From: Schmidtea polychroa
Taxonomy: Eukaryota
Reading direction: 5' to 3'
Length of the DNA: 64,000 nucleotides
Assembly: GCA_044892525.1 (NCBI GenBank)
Contig: CM097885.1
Coordinates: 34,598,001-34,662,000, forward strand
Position 1 is the stretch's first letter; the number at the start of each line of letters is the position of its first letter. Shown piece by piece: positions 39,201 to 53,428 of the stretch. Below the pieces are notes generated by a model. It did not search any database. It had not been told where the DNA came from and saw nothing but the letters and a program-made list of their open reading frames with translations. The translations under genes were made by a program, and so were the position numbers.

Positions 39201-42200
39201 GTTTTTAAATAAAAATTATTTTCAATGAGGTTAATAATTAGAGTTTTTACAATAATCAAGTGATATGATAAATTTTTATGAGGATATTGAACAATTTTCT
39301 AAAACTTTCATGTTGACTGATAAATTTAATTGATAAATTTAATTAATTTCTTGATAATTAGTTGTATTTTATTGAATAGTTTTTAAATAAAAATTAATTT
39401 CATTGACAATTAGGTTAATAATTAAGTGATTTTTGATGATAACTTTGTAATATATTTGACTAAATAATTTTTTCAATAATTTACTCATTGATGAACTTTA
39501 AAAAACATAAGCTAAGAACCAGTTAACTTTAAATTTACTTGATAATTATTGTAGGATATACAGAAATTTAGTTTGCTGTTATTGCTTGAAAATGATTGGT
39601 TGAATAGCTGAAGAATTATGATCAAACAATATATATCATCTCCAGTATTTGATGGTAAATATTTGTAGAAAATTTAGTGAATTTTGATCTTTTAATGGGC
39701 TCTTATTATTTGTCTGGTTCTATAACAATTAATTAAAAGTCATATTTTTGAATTTCTCTGAGGATTTTAAGAGGATTGATATATATTAAAGGGCTCAAGT
39801 GGGCGGAATCTTTAGGGAAAATAAGGGATATAATCGGATAGATGTTTAAAAGGGTAGAATTATTTGCTGAGAGATCGGATAAGATGGGATATTGTCGGTT
39901 AAATTTATTGAGGGGGGGGGTAGAAATATTTGCTGAGAGATCGGATAAGATGGGATATTGTCGGTGAGATTTAATGAGGGATGGGTTAAGATGGGAATAT
40001 ATGATTTTTAAAGGGATATAGTCGGTTAATATGGGAAATATTTCATTTTAAGAAAGATATAGTCGGTTGCTTTTAATGAGGGATGGGTTTCGATGGGAAT
40101 CTTTTGAATATTTACATGGGTAATGTTGGTAAAATATCAATGTTTTAAGGGAAATTGCAATTAGTCAGTTATGAATCACTAATAATGTGAAATTATATCG
40201 TTTTATTAGGTTGTGATTAATTCATTGTATATTAATTTAGATTTATGTTTTAGAACAATGTTTTATTAAATTTTCTTTTAATTATCCAGGGTTTTATTAA
40301 GTAGTGTTAATGACCGATTTACTTGGTTTTGACAATGAAATCTTTAGAGATAATTTGGATTGATATCAACTTTAAATTATTTTTATCTTTATTTAAGAGG
40401 GAGAATGACAAAAGTTGATAAATATGGACTTAAAACATCGACTAAAGAAAATTGATCTTTATTGGAAGAAATCTTGATTTTAATTAGTAATTAAATCGGT
40501 TGAATATTGGTAAAAATGATCATTTGAAGAAATATATTTTATTGAATGGATAAATCTTTCAATGGGACCTAGTCAGTTATATTGTAGTAATATTTATTTA
40601 AAATATCGAGTACAGTGATTAACAAAAAATTAATTATAACCAGTTTTATCATTAGATTTTATAAATTATTTAGGGTTAATGATTTTACATGTTTTATAGG
40701 GAAATATTCGTGATAATACGAATTAAAGTTAGAATTATAGTCATTTAAAGGGGATTTTAAGGAATCTTATTAGTCTGAGGGGAATATATGATCCTTTACG
40801 GGTACTTATCATTAAAATATCAATCTTTAAATATTGATATATTTAGGGGAAATGATGCTTTTTAGATGATCTTAATGAATTATTTGTAATAATATGAATT
40901 AAGGGTTGAAATATAGCCATTTAAGGGATTTTAAGGAATCTTATTAGTTTGAGGAGAATATATGATCTTTAACAAGTATTTATCATTAAAATAGCAATCT
41001 TTAAATATTGATATATTTAGGGGGAAAATGATGCTTTTTAGATGATTTTATTGGAGAATTCACTTGGATATACCAATTATTGTCATTTGAATGAATTTAC
41101 TGGTTTGTTAGATGTTATCATTAGTTATCTAGTCTCTTTTGGAATTTAATGATAATTATTTTTATTGTAGATTGCTGACTTTGATAATTGTAATGAATTT
41201 ATACTGATTTTTTGAATATATTGAGAAATCAGTCAATCAATTTGAGTACATGTATTACTTTTAAAAAAATAATTAAAATTAATTTTATTTCAATTAATTT
41301 ATTCAATCTAAATCAATTATCTACTAGATCTTATTTCAAAATTCTTATTAATTTATTATCTTAGTTGATTCATATTAACTTGAATGATCAATGACTAGAA
41401 TTTAAAGTTCTTTCTTGTCCATTAATTTAATTTTTATGATATTTATTTCGAATAATTTAAATTTTTACAATTATTTAATCAATTTTTACCTAGTTATTGA
41501 TGCCTTGAGTTCAATTAATTTTCCATCTAATTTTTCAAGTGATGAGTATTTTTCTTTTAAAGATTAATTTGTTACTACATAGTTGTTGGTTGTAAGTAGT
41601 TGGTTGACTTTTTAGATTTTGATAAGAAAATAGTGTATGTGATGAAGAATATTTTGTATTTGGTAGTTGGTACAGTGTTGTTTACTGATTGTTGTTATAT
41701 AGTTGTAGGTTGATATTTGTTAATTTCTCGATGGGTTTTGATGGTGGTTGTTAGTAGTTGTTGTTTGAAACCTAGTGGTTAGTACATAGTAGCTAGTTAA
41801 TGGGTAGGTTGTGGTTGAGTGTTACCAATACCCCTACGACTAGTACCTTTACGACCAGTACCCTTACGACCAGTACCCTTACGACTAGTACCCTTACGAC
41901 CAGTACCCTTAGGGGGTCAAAACATCCTGTCGGATAAACTCAGAGTATATATAATAAAACTGATCAATAATAAGTATTTATTGAATGTGATTTTTACTTT
42001 GCAATAATAAGTCAGTAGTTATCATTTAAAAGAAGAATGTTTTGTAAATTAGAATTCATTAGTCTTTCATTGTAACTTAAATTATTTTGAATTTCACGTG
42101 GTGATGAGTTGTCAATTATTTTTTGATGAAAATCAACATTTTTGTTAAATTTGAAAAGATTTTTTCTACTGATTGTAATTAAACATATTTTTGAAGACAG

Positions 42201-42383
42201 ATAAAAAATTAATTTAAAAAGCATTTCATAAAATACAATAAAGAATATTTAGTAGTTAGTTGTAAGTATGTGGTTGTTTGAGAGTTAGTTAGTACGTGGT
42301 ATCGTGTTGAAAGTATTTGGTACTTATTTCTTAGCACATAGTGAAAAATAATTAGTATCTGGTTGTTGGTAACTGATTGTTGA

Positions 42384-42480
<97 letters not shown>

Positions 42481-45400
42481 CATTAAAATTTCATTCAAAA
42501 TTAACTTAAAAAACTATTTCATTAAAATTTACTTAAAAAATTTTACATTTAAAATTAACTTAAAAAAAAATTTCCATTTAAATTTTCATTAAAAATTACA
42601 TTTCTCAAAAAAGTTGGTGGTTATTCAATCTTTTGATAATAAATTTAAAAATCTTAGTTTAATTTACTTATTACATTACTTATTTAAAAATTATTACTTT
42701 AATTTACTTCTTTAGCTTTAATTTAAAATTTGAACCATTTATTACTTAATTTTAAATTTTGAACCTTAATTTACTTTTTTAAAAATTATTACTTTAATTT
42801 ACCTAATTATTCTTTATTTCTTAATTTTACACCATAATTTACTTAACAACTAAATATAATCCTTATTTTCATATTTAACCATTAATTTCATGTGGTCATC
42901 TGGTTGTAAGTGTTTGGTATCTAGTTGACAGTGCTTAGTACTTGGTAAGTTACTTGGTTGTTAGTACTTGGTTGATAATGCTTAGTATCTGGTTGATGTT
43001 GGTTGTATGTACTTGGTATCTAGTTGTTAGTAACTAGTTGTAGGTAATTAATGCTTAGTAGTTGGTAACTGGTTGTTAGTACTTGGTATCTGGTACCTAG
43101 TTGGTTGCTATCAGGTAACTAGTTGTTAGTAACTAGTTGAAGGTAATTGGTTGTTAGGTGGTTGTAGCTAGTTAATGGGTAGGTGGATTGTAGGTACTTA
43201 GTAGTTGGTTAATAATGCTTAGTAACTGGTTGTTGACGGTTGAGTGCTTGGTAGCAGGTAACTGATTGTTAGTAACTAATTGTTTGAGAGTTAGTTAGTA
43301 CGTGGTATCTAGTTGTAAGTGTTTGGTATCTAGTTGACAGTGCTTAGTACTTGGTATCTTGTTGTAAGTACTTGATAGCAGGTAACTGGTTGTTAGTAAC
43401 TAGTTGTAAGTAGTTGGTTGTTAGTAACTAGTTGTAAGTACTTGGTAGCAGGTAACTGGTTGTTAGTAACTAGTTGTAAGTACTAGGTAGCAGGTAACTG
43501 ATTGTTAGTATCTAGTTGTAGGTACTTGGTATCAGGTAACTGGTTGTTAGTAACTAGTTGTAAGTATCTGGTTGTAAATACATGTTGGTACTAAGTTGTT
43601 GGTTTGTTGTTGAATTATTATTAAAATTTGCTTTGAAAAATATTTCATAAAAATTTTCATTAAAAATTATCTTAAAAATTTCCATCTAAAATTATCATTG
43701 AAAAATATTTCTTAAAAATTTCCATTAAAAATTACCATTGAAAAATATTTCATTAAAATTTCTATTAAAAATTACTTAAAAATTATTTCATAAAAATTTT
43801 CATTAAAAAATTTCAATTCTCAAACACCTTCTATTATTTTGTAATTAAATTTTAAAATCTTACTTTAATTTACTTATTACATTACTTTAATTTACTTATT
43901 TAAAAATTATTACTTTAATTTACTTATTTAAAATTTTTTACCATTGATTACTTAATTTAAAAATTTGGACCATTATTTACTGTAATTTAATTTTTTAGGA
44001 CCATAATTTACTGTAATTTAAAAATTTGAGCCATAATTTACTATAATTTAATTTTTAGAACCATTATTTACTTTAATTGAAAAATTTGGACCATTATTTA
44101 CTTTAATTTAAAATGTTTGACCATAATTTACTGTAATTTAATTTTTAGACCATAATTTACTGTAATTTCAATTTTTAGAACCATAATTTACTTTAATTCA
44201 ATTTTTAGAACCATTATTTACTGTAATTGAAATATTTGAGCCATAATTTACTTTAATTTAATTTTTAGAACCATTATTTACTTTAATTTAAAAATTTGGA
44301 CCATAATTTACTGTAATTTAAAAATTTGAGCCATAATTTACTGTAATTTTATTTTTTAGAACCATAATTTACTGTAATTTAATTTTTTAGGACCATAATT
44401 TACTGTAATTTAAAAATTTGAGCCATAATTTACTATAATTTAATTTTTAGAACCATAATTTACTTTAATTTTAAAATTTGGACCATTATTTACTTTAATT
44501 TCAATTTTTAGAACCATAATTTACTTTAATTGAAAAATTTACCACGTTTTTAGTGTAGACCACCTATTTCTCAGGACCAAGGAGACTCACCTCACTATAG
44601 TCTGAAAAATCCTTGGCTTTTTTAGTGGTAGTCGGATTTTTGTATTGAAAATATCCTGAGACCTTAAATTTCCATGCTTTTTTAGTGTAGACCAGCTTTT
44701 TGTGTTGAAAATATCCTGAGACCTTAAATTACCACGTTTTTTTAGTGTAGACCACCTATTTCTCAGGACCAAGGAGACTCACCTCACTATAGTCTGAAAA
44801 ATCCTTGGCTTTTTTAGTGGTAGTCGGATTTTTGTATTGAAAATATCCTGAGACCTTAAATTACCACGTTTTTTTAGTGTAGACCACCTATTTCTCAGGA
44901 CCAAGGAGACTCACCTCACTATAGTCTGAAAAATCCTTGGCTTTGTTAGTGGTAGTCGGATTTTTGTATTGAAAATATCCTGAGACCTTAAATTACCATG
45001 CTTTTTTAGTGTAGACCAGCTTTTGTGTTGAAAATATCCTGAGACCTTAAATTACCACGTTTTTTTAGTGTAGACCACCTATTTCTCAGGACCAAGGAGA
45101 CTCACCTCACTATAGTCTGAAAAATCCTTGGCTTTTTTAGTGTAGACCAGCTTTTTGTATTGAAAATATCCTGAGACCTTAAATTACCATGCTTTTTTAG
45201 TGTAGACCAGCTTTTCGTATTGAAAATATCATGAGACCTTAAATTACCACGTTTTTTTAGTGTAGACCACCTATTTCTCAGGACCAAGGAGACTCACCTC
45301 ACTATAGTCTGAAAAATCCTTGGCTTTGTTAGTGGTAGTCGGATTTTTGTATTGAAAATATCCTGAGACCTTAAATTACCATGCTTTTTTAGTGTAGACC

Positions 45401-46571
45401 AGCTTTTGTGTTGAAAATATCCTGAGACCTTAAATTACCACGTTTTTTTAGTGTAGACCACCTATTTCTCAGGACCAAGGAGACTCACCTCACTATAGTC
45501 TGAAAAATCCTTGGCTTTTTTAGTGTAGACCAGCTTTTTGTATTGAAAATATCCTGAGACCTTAAATTACCATGCTTTTTTAGTGTAGACCAGCTTTTCG
45601 TATTGAAAATATCATGAGACCTTAAATTACCACGTTTTTTTAGTGTAGACCACCTATTTCTCAGGACCAAGGAGACTCACCTCACTATAGTCTGAAAAAT
45701 CCTTGGCTTTGTTAGTGGTAGTCGGATTTTTGTATTGAAAATATCCTGAGACCTTAAATTACCATGCTTTTTTAGTGTAGACCAGCTTTTGTGTTGAAAA
45801 TATCCTGAGACCTTAAATTACCACGTTTTTTTAGTGTAGACCACCTATTTCTCAGGACCAAGGAGACTCACCTCACTATAGTCTGAAAAATCCTTGGCTT
45901 TTTTAGTGGTAGTCGGATTTTTGTATTGAAAATCCCAGGACCATCGAGACCCCCTCACTATAGTGTGAAAAATCCATGCTTTTTTATTGATAGTCGGATT
46001 TTTGGATAGAAAAAATTTTTTTGTATTGAAAATCCCAGGACCATAGAGACCCCTTCACTATAGTCTGATAAAAAAAAATTTGTACCAAAAATCCCTGAAA
46101 GCAAAAAATGTGAGTTGGAACAATTGCGTAATAAAAAGTTGGAACAATTTTACCCCCCCCCCGGGGGGGGGGGGGGGGTAATTGTTCCAGTGCGCTACTA
46201 TCTACCTACTGTTTATATTTCTACCTTGCTAAATTTTATGCTTCTGTCTTTAAAAGTTTATAAGAAAATTATATCGTCGAGATAAAACAATTATAGTTGA
46301 ACAAATTAAATTTTCCCATGGTCTTTTTCGACATTCAAAACATTTAGATAAATTAAATAAATTATTAAGAAGATAATATAAATTTATTTTCTCCTTTCAG
46401 TTTTAATTGGCATAATCACTGATCTTTGCAGTTGCAATTCTTTTTAGAAATGTTCAAGTTTTATTCCTTTTCGTCACTTTCTACACTAAAAGAAACAATT
46501 GAGTGGTAATATTAAAAGCTAGTTGATAAAATATAGCGCATCTCATCTATTAGAATGACATTTGCATTTAA

Positions 46572-46785
46572 CACTAGATTTACGGACTGAGTCAATTTGA
46601 CTCATTTAAAATTCTATTGCTGCATATATATATAATAGTGATTTATTATTTTTTGAATACATATGTTGGCTTTACGTCATGAAATATAGGTAAATATTAA
46701 TTACTCTCCTCTACTGACTCTGTCATTTAAAATTGGCTTACTTCAGTAAAAAATAAGTATATAATCAACACCCGTAAATATTGTG
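46572..46785. mobile_element. piggyBac-type MITE (214 bp)
   Basis: TTAA|CACTAGATTTACGG ... CCGTAAATATTGTG|TTAA; TIR match 12/14. Confidence 0.75.
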
Positions 46786-48628
46786 TTAATAATATTATTA
46801 TTTCATTTAATAACATTATTATTTTCAATTGACAGTATTTATAATTTATATTTTAGATATTTTATTTATGTATTATAAGAACTTTTTTGTCCAATTTCAC
46901 CACTGATTTTTTTTCCATTGAATTTATTAAAAAGAGCTTGAAGATTATAAATCAGTAATATATCAAAAACATCGATATATTACTGATTTATAGTTTTCAA
47001 GCTCTTTTTAATAAATTTTATTTATGATAAATATAAATGACTGCAATGTTTAAATGGAAAAAAAAAGTTTAAATGAACAAATGAGGGAGAATAAGGAAAA
47101 CATTTATTACAATATGACGAGTTTCCTTTACTCATTTTCATAATTGTATAGATCAAGTTAAATTAGACATGTAATTTAACAAATTTAAATAACTAATTAA
47201 AAAATTGTATATTAATTAATTAAATAAGCATATGTAAATAATAATATATTAACAATATGATTATAATATAAATTAGTAATTTAAAATAATAGAATGTTTG
47301 TAGAATGACATTTTCTTGCTCAAAATATTACTGGCATAAAATAATCCTCTTGTTTTAATATTATTATTAATAATAAATCTTGAATTTTCGATAAACTTTT
47401 AAAGTAATTGACCCCGTCAATACTCGGGTTACGCAGTTTAACATGGCGCATGCTGATTGGGATAAAGTTTTTGAAAGTGCCATTTGATTAGTTATGAAGA
47501 ATTTAATTTAAAAATAGTAATCATTTGTAATTTCAAATATTACATTTTTATATAATATTTACTTAATTTTTATGAAGACAGTGTTTAACTTTAAAATAAA
47601 AATGACTTTCAAAATATGAATTAATAAATGATGATAAATGGGTTAAGAGATATTACTTTCCAGATTTTTAAAATTAATAATTTTTGCAAAATTACTTTAG
47701 TATTGATAAGTTATATAGTATGTGCAATTCTAATAAAACAATTTACAAATTATTTTTTTTACATTTAAAAATCGATTTAATTTGGTGATTACAGTTCATA
47801 CCATATATGTCCAATGATACAAACTTTTAAAATTAGAACTGTAAAATATATTAATCCCCATTTGGGGATTACAATAACTAATCGTTTAACAGTAACTTAA
47901 TGGTCCCTACTTTATACTTTAAAATGTGACAATTTAAACGGTATTGTTGGACTAATATTCACAAATAATCAAATATTTTACAGCTACCAAGAAACAAACA
48001 ATGTTTTTAATAAATATTTTTTATAAATATTTCAGTATTGTATTTATTGTTTTTATTGACAGGCAGTAAACATTGAAACATGCAAAACAGTATTTCAACA
48101 ATATTTCAAAAAAATTTAAATTGACAAATTGACTTTTCTGGATTTAGTTTTGTAGATTTTTTAATTATTATCATAATTAATATTTTCTGTCGTATCTTTT
48201 CCGACATGCATTATAGAGAGATTTGTTAGCCTTTGGTCTCCCACTGAATTTCTGAAAATTGTCTTTAACTCGTTTGAACATTGAAAATTATCTCTTTTAT
48301 TAACTATAATTAGAAATGTGTCAAAAAGATTGTAAAAAAGAACTTATTTATTTATTATTCTTGTTTCCATCTTTCAAAGAAACACAAGTTCAGTTATGGT
48401 TTCATTTCTACAGACGATACATTAAAGTATCTTGTTTTCCAGTAAATAATTGGTATTTGATTCTTGCATTTCCAGTAGTATACAATTTGATGGTCTCAAT
48501 TTAATGTATAATTAAAAATTTCACAATTTACATAGTTTCTCTATCGATTTTATAAGACTTTATATTCTAGGAAGTGACAAAATCCATATTTCGAAAAATG
48601 TTTCTGAACTATAAATATTTATCAAAAG

Positions 48629-48711
<83 letters not shown>

Positions 48712-48728
48712 CATCATCATCATCATTA

Positions 48729-48780
<52 letters not shown>

Positions 48781-48980
48781 TAGAGAATATGTATTATAAA
48801 AAACATAAATATTAATGTTACATTTATGTCCTGGTCAGAATATTAGAAACAAGTGAGTGCGCAACCTTTTTCATAATTTTTAAATTAAAAACCTCAAAAA
48901 TGAATGATTTAAGCATATGTCCGTCTAGTGAAAGCACAGGAAAAATATTTTTTTTTAAAAAAGAGCCCAAAATCATAACC

Positions 48981-49191
<211 letters not shown>

Positions 49192-49209
49192 TATTAAAAT
49201 TATAATAAC

Positions 49210-49289
49210 CTGAGCAAGTCGGTTAATATTTGTTCTCACACAGCCCAGATCAGCATCATTGTCAACCACTATTATACCCAATGGAGTAG
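49210..49289 (-). CDS. DGKZ: DGK exon
   Basis: ttttag| ... CAG|gttatt. Encodes (S)TPLGIIVVDNDADLGCVRTNINRLAQ (compare [27 protein letters not shown]). Confidence 0.92.
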
Positions 49290-52200
49290 CTAAAAATAAA
49301 TTAAATATATCCATATATTTTTTACTTTATTAATAATCAAAATCAATTACAAACTAATCGTAAAATAAATAAAATAATCCCTTATTACAATTTCAAATTT
49401 ATATTATTTTAAATAAATAGTTAAACATACATGGCAATGATTTAATTATAAGATAACGCCAAGCAAACATTTTTGTCACGATATATTTCGACAGTTTTCC
49501 TGTCATCATCAGGTGGGATATAATAACTATATAAATTAAGGATTTTAAACAAATTTATTAATTATATAAAAAAATATTTTTTTATCTAATAAAAACATTT
49601 AATTATTTTTAAAAATTATAATTAAATTAATATATAATTTTAGCATTTAGAATTTAATTTAATAATTTAAAAAAATTTTATTAATTATTTAATTTATTAA
49701 TTATTTAATATTATTTTATTGATAATTTATTTTATTAATATTATTTTATTATTACAATTTCAAATTTATATAATTTTTCATTAATAAATTAGAATATTAT
49801 AAGAACTTTTTTTCAATTTTCACCACTGATTTCTTTTCAATTGACATTGTATTTATTAAAAAGCTTTAACTGCCTTTTTCAAATGATTTTTATATTTAAA
49901 AAATTTTTATTATACAAATTTGAACTTATGTAACAATTTAGAGCCTATTATCAAAAAAATTGAAAATTTGAATTTTAAGATTATTTTTGTTGTCCTACGT
50001 CAATGTGTGAAATAAACTTTTTAATCGTTTTGTGTAGTTTCAAATAGTGTTGTTTGGAGGCCAATGCCAATAGACCCTCGTGATCCTTTCTTCCTCGGCT
50101 TATTCATAACAAAATAACAAAATAACAAAATAATAGCAATTGTTTTGCGGGATAGAATATAATGGTAATTATAATAATTAAATATTCTTGATATACAACA
50201 TTGAGATGCATTCATTTAATATGGAAATGTTGAATAATAAATTTGTTAAGGATAACGAAACAATGTAAAAATATATCAATTTAAATAACATTGATCACTA
50301 GAATTATAATCCTAAATTTAATTTGTTTGATTATTTTACTGACTCAATATCATCGAAATGTTCAAAAAGACAACATATTGGGAGAAGATTCGATACCGCC
50401 AAATATAACGCCACCATCATTGCGGCTTTCTAGGCATCACTTCACGAGTATTACATAATTTTAATTTTCAATGAAATAACTTGAATTGTTTATCTTGTTA
50501 ATTTTTGGTAAACATTTTGTAATTCTCCATTTCAGAATTTATTAATAATTTTCGTTTCTTCATTCATTTTTTTCGAGTAATATTATTAGATCAAAACTTT
50601 TAAATATGTTCAAATTTTTAATATAGAAAACATTTTATTTGTTTACTTGGAAATTATTTATTTGTTTCATATGGCTTAATTGATTATATTGTAAACATTT
50701 CAATTCTGTTGAATGTAATTTTTTGCCATTTGGACTTTTTATGAAGACTTTTCTCGAAAATAAATTCATATTATTTTTAAATGACTTTATTCAGTTCTTT
50801 TTCATTTTTATTTGTATATAATGCTTCTGAATTTGCAATAGACTTTAGAGATAGATTTATGAAATGTGCCATAGTCACACTTTATTCTTTCAACAAATAT
50901 TATTAATAATTAAACAAAGTACCCGGAAGTCTAGTTATGTTTATCTATATACTGCTGCTTAAGCATTCACATTTCCACATTTGTTTTGACAATATGGACC
51001 TCTTATGTTTATATTAGAACATTTTAGTACTTCTAAATAATTTCTAGTAAAGATTTTTACTGTTTTGAAAGGTTCAATGACAACTATAACTGAGTCATCA
51101 TATTTAAATTATTTTTATATGATCAACTCCAACATAATACTATCCCTAACTTGTCGAATTCTTTCCTCATTTCTACGTATCTTTGCAACATTGAAATTTA
51201 ATAATATAATTTATTTAGGTTAAACAAATTATAAGAGAAGCCTTGGTTGAAAATATTTATTAAAGTTTTTAATTTAATTTAATACATATTTTGCTGTAAA
51301 GACTTATCAGTTAGTTGTTTAAACTTTAATTTATGCTCCTACCAAGAAACCATTATTTTATAATTATTATATTATATAAAAAACGATAAAGTGATAATTT
51401 AAGCCTTTTGCTGCAAATAATGTATTTAATTATATTCAAATTGTAATAATAAATTACCAAGTTTACTAAATTTTTAATACTGCGCGACATCAATCAGTAA
51501 ATTATTATATAATACCATAGAAAACATTTTTACGAAATTTTTACGAAACATTTTTACATTTACTTAAAGAATGTATAAAATAAATTGAAAATGCACTTCT
51601 AATTGAAAAACTGATTTTACTATTATATTTCTGAATGTAATATGAACATTGCTAACAGAATTAACTAAAATGTCGAATCAAGCCTAGAAAAATAATATCT
51701 TCATTTATTCCACCTTTTCTTTAACAGCGTAAGTATGTCACGAAGCCGTCTCTGACTCTTATATTTACTTATTACTCTTTTTATGAAATATATAGTCTCT
51801 GGAAAATTACTAAAAATAAGTAATTAAGTATTTAATATTTTTAAGTAACAATGATATTTTGAGTGATTATTAATTAAGTCACACCCTAAACAATAAAATG
51901 TCACAAGTGACGTAAACATCACAAGTTCTAATCAAAAAAAGATATTAAGGTTAAACTTCCGAATAAAAAATATTACGAATTTTTAAAATATTTACTCTTT
52001 TAAATTAAATATTTCAATTATTTTCGCAATACAAACTTTTGATTGGTTAAAAATTATAAGCATAAAGTGCACAAATAATTTTTTAAAAAATTTAGAAAAA
52101 ATATATTTTTGAATAATATTTTAAATGTAATTAACCACAGGCATCTGTAGACCAATTATATGCCTAACAGGTATTGAAACTGTTTAAAATAGCGTGAAGC

Positions 52201-52379
52201 AAATTTTGCTATTTGATTTTGTGAAAATTTTTATTTTAAATTAAAAGCCTATTTGACTAAAATTAATTTCTAAATCAATGTTGAACAAAATTAGAAAATA
52301 CAAATTCTGAAAATTTAGAATAGTGTAGTGAGCCGTTGGGCGGTCTTATCAAAATATATGTAAACTTTATGCTTTAGAA

Positions 52380-52537
52380 CAGGGGTCTCAAACTCAAACT
52401 GGCTTGCGGGCCGCATTAGACTAGTATCATAAATAACATAAATAATTGTTTTTCAGAACATGTGAAGTCTGAAACACCGACGTTAATATTTATTTAATTA
52501 AAAACTCAACAAAACTAAAAAACATTTTTTTATTATT

Positions 52538-52604
<67 letters not shown>

Positions 52605-53062
52605 TTTGAAGAAAATGTGGTAACATTTGAATGCATTAACTTGGTCACACATGTTTGTAATGATTTTATCCTTTCCTTGCAGTTTCAAATTTAAATCGGA
52701 TAAGTGTTTCGTTATATCAACCATAAAAGATAAATCTTGCCACCACACTGTATCAGAAAACAAGGCGATGTCTTGTTTTTTTGATGTTAAAAACTGACAT
52801 ATTTCGTCTTTCAAATCCCAAAATTGTTTGAAAACCTTGGAGCAGGATAACCAACGTACCTCGGTATAGTACGACAAACCAGAATTTATTTTCGCACCCT
52901 AACTAGATTTTTGGGGTTCGTTTCCTTAATTTTTTGTTTAATGGGCGATAAAAACTAAATGTAACAGTTATAAGAAGTGATTACATAGAAAATTTTATTT
53001 TTAAGTTTTGTTTTATTTTTTTGTACTGATATATCAAGTGGGCCGCAAGTTTGACATATCTG
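52380..53062 (-). mobile_element. hAT (Buster/Charlie/SPIN-type) internal-deletion derivative with a transposase fragment
   Basis: TIRs CAGGGGTCTCAAACT and reverse complement CAGATATGTCAAACT. Perfect 8-bp TSD CTTTAGAA (52372-52379, 53063-53070). Fragment YYTEVRWLS...DLSFMVDITKHLSDLNLKLQG is GTF2IRD2/SPIN-like. Confidence 0.92.
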
Positions 53063-53278
53063 CTTTAGAAAATACAAATAATTGAGCGACATATGTTGTA
53101 AATTATTCATCAATTAGTGCCAGATTAGTTATTCTCTATTGAATCTACAGTTGGATTTCTTTTGTCAACAAATAGCTATGATAATTCGCAGGCAACTTGA
53201 ACATTCAAATAATGAAGAAATAATTATTTCTTATAAATTAACCAAAGTTAGTTTAGAGTTTATGTTTCTATTCTTTAC

Positions 53279-53428
<150 letters not shown>

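Larger units (their letters stand above)
25054..46210. mobile_element. 21.2-kb non-coding palindromic element with Polinton/Maverick-type ends (non-autonomous)
   Basis: Termini AGTAGGTAGATAGTAGCGCAC...GTGCGCTACTATCTACCTACT. Flanks GTTAAT (25048-25053) and GTTTAT (46211-46216) form a 6-bp TSD at 5/6. Arms 25054-32349 and 38107-46210 are reverse complements. No credible ORF inside. Confidence 0.85.

Noticed and set aside
25054..46210. Palindrome as a pure sequencing or assembly fold-back artefact
   Set aside because: Disfavoured but not excluded: the arms differ by SNPs and repeat counts, the ends are discrete with a 6-bp TSD, and DGK exons continue in order and phase on both sides. It still needs read-level confirmation.
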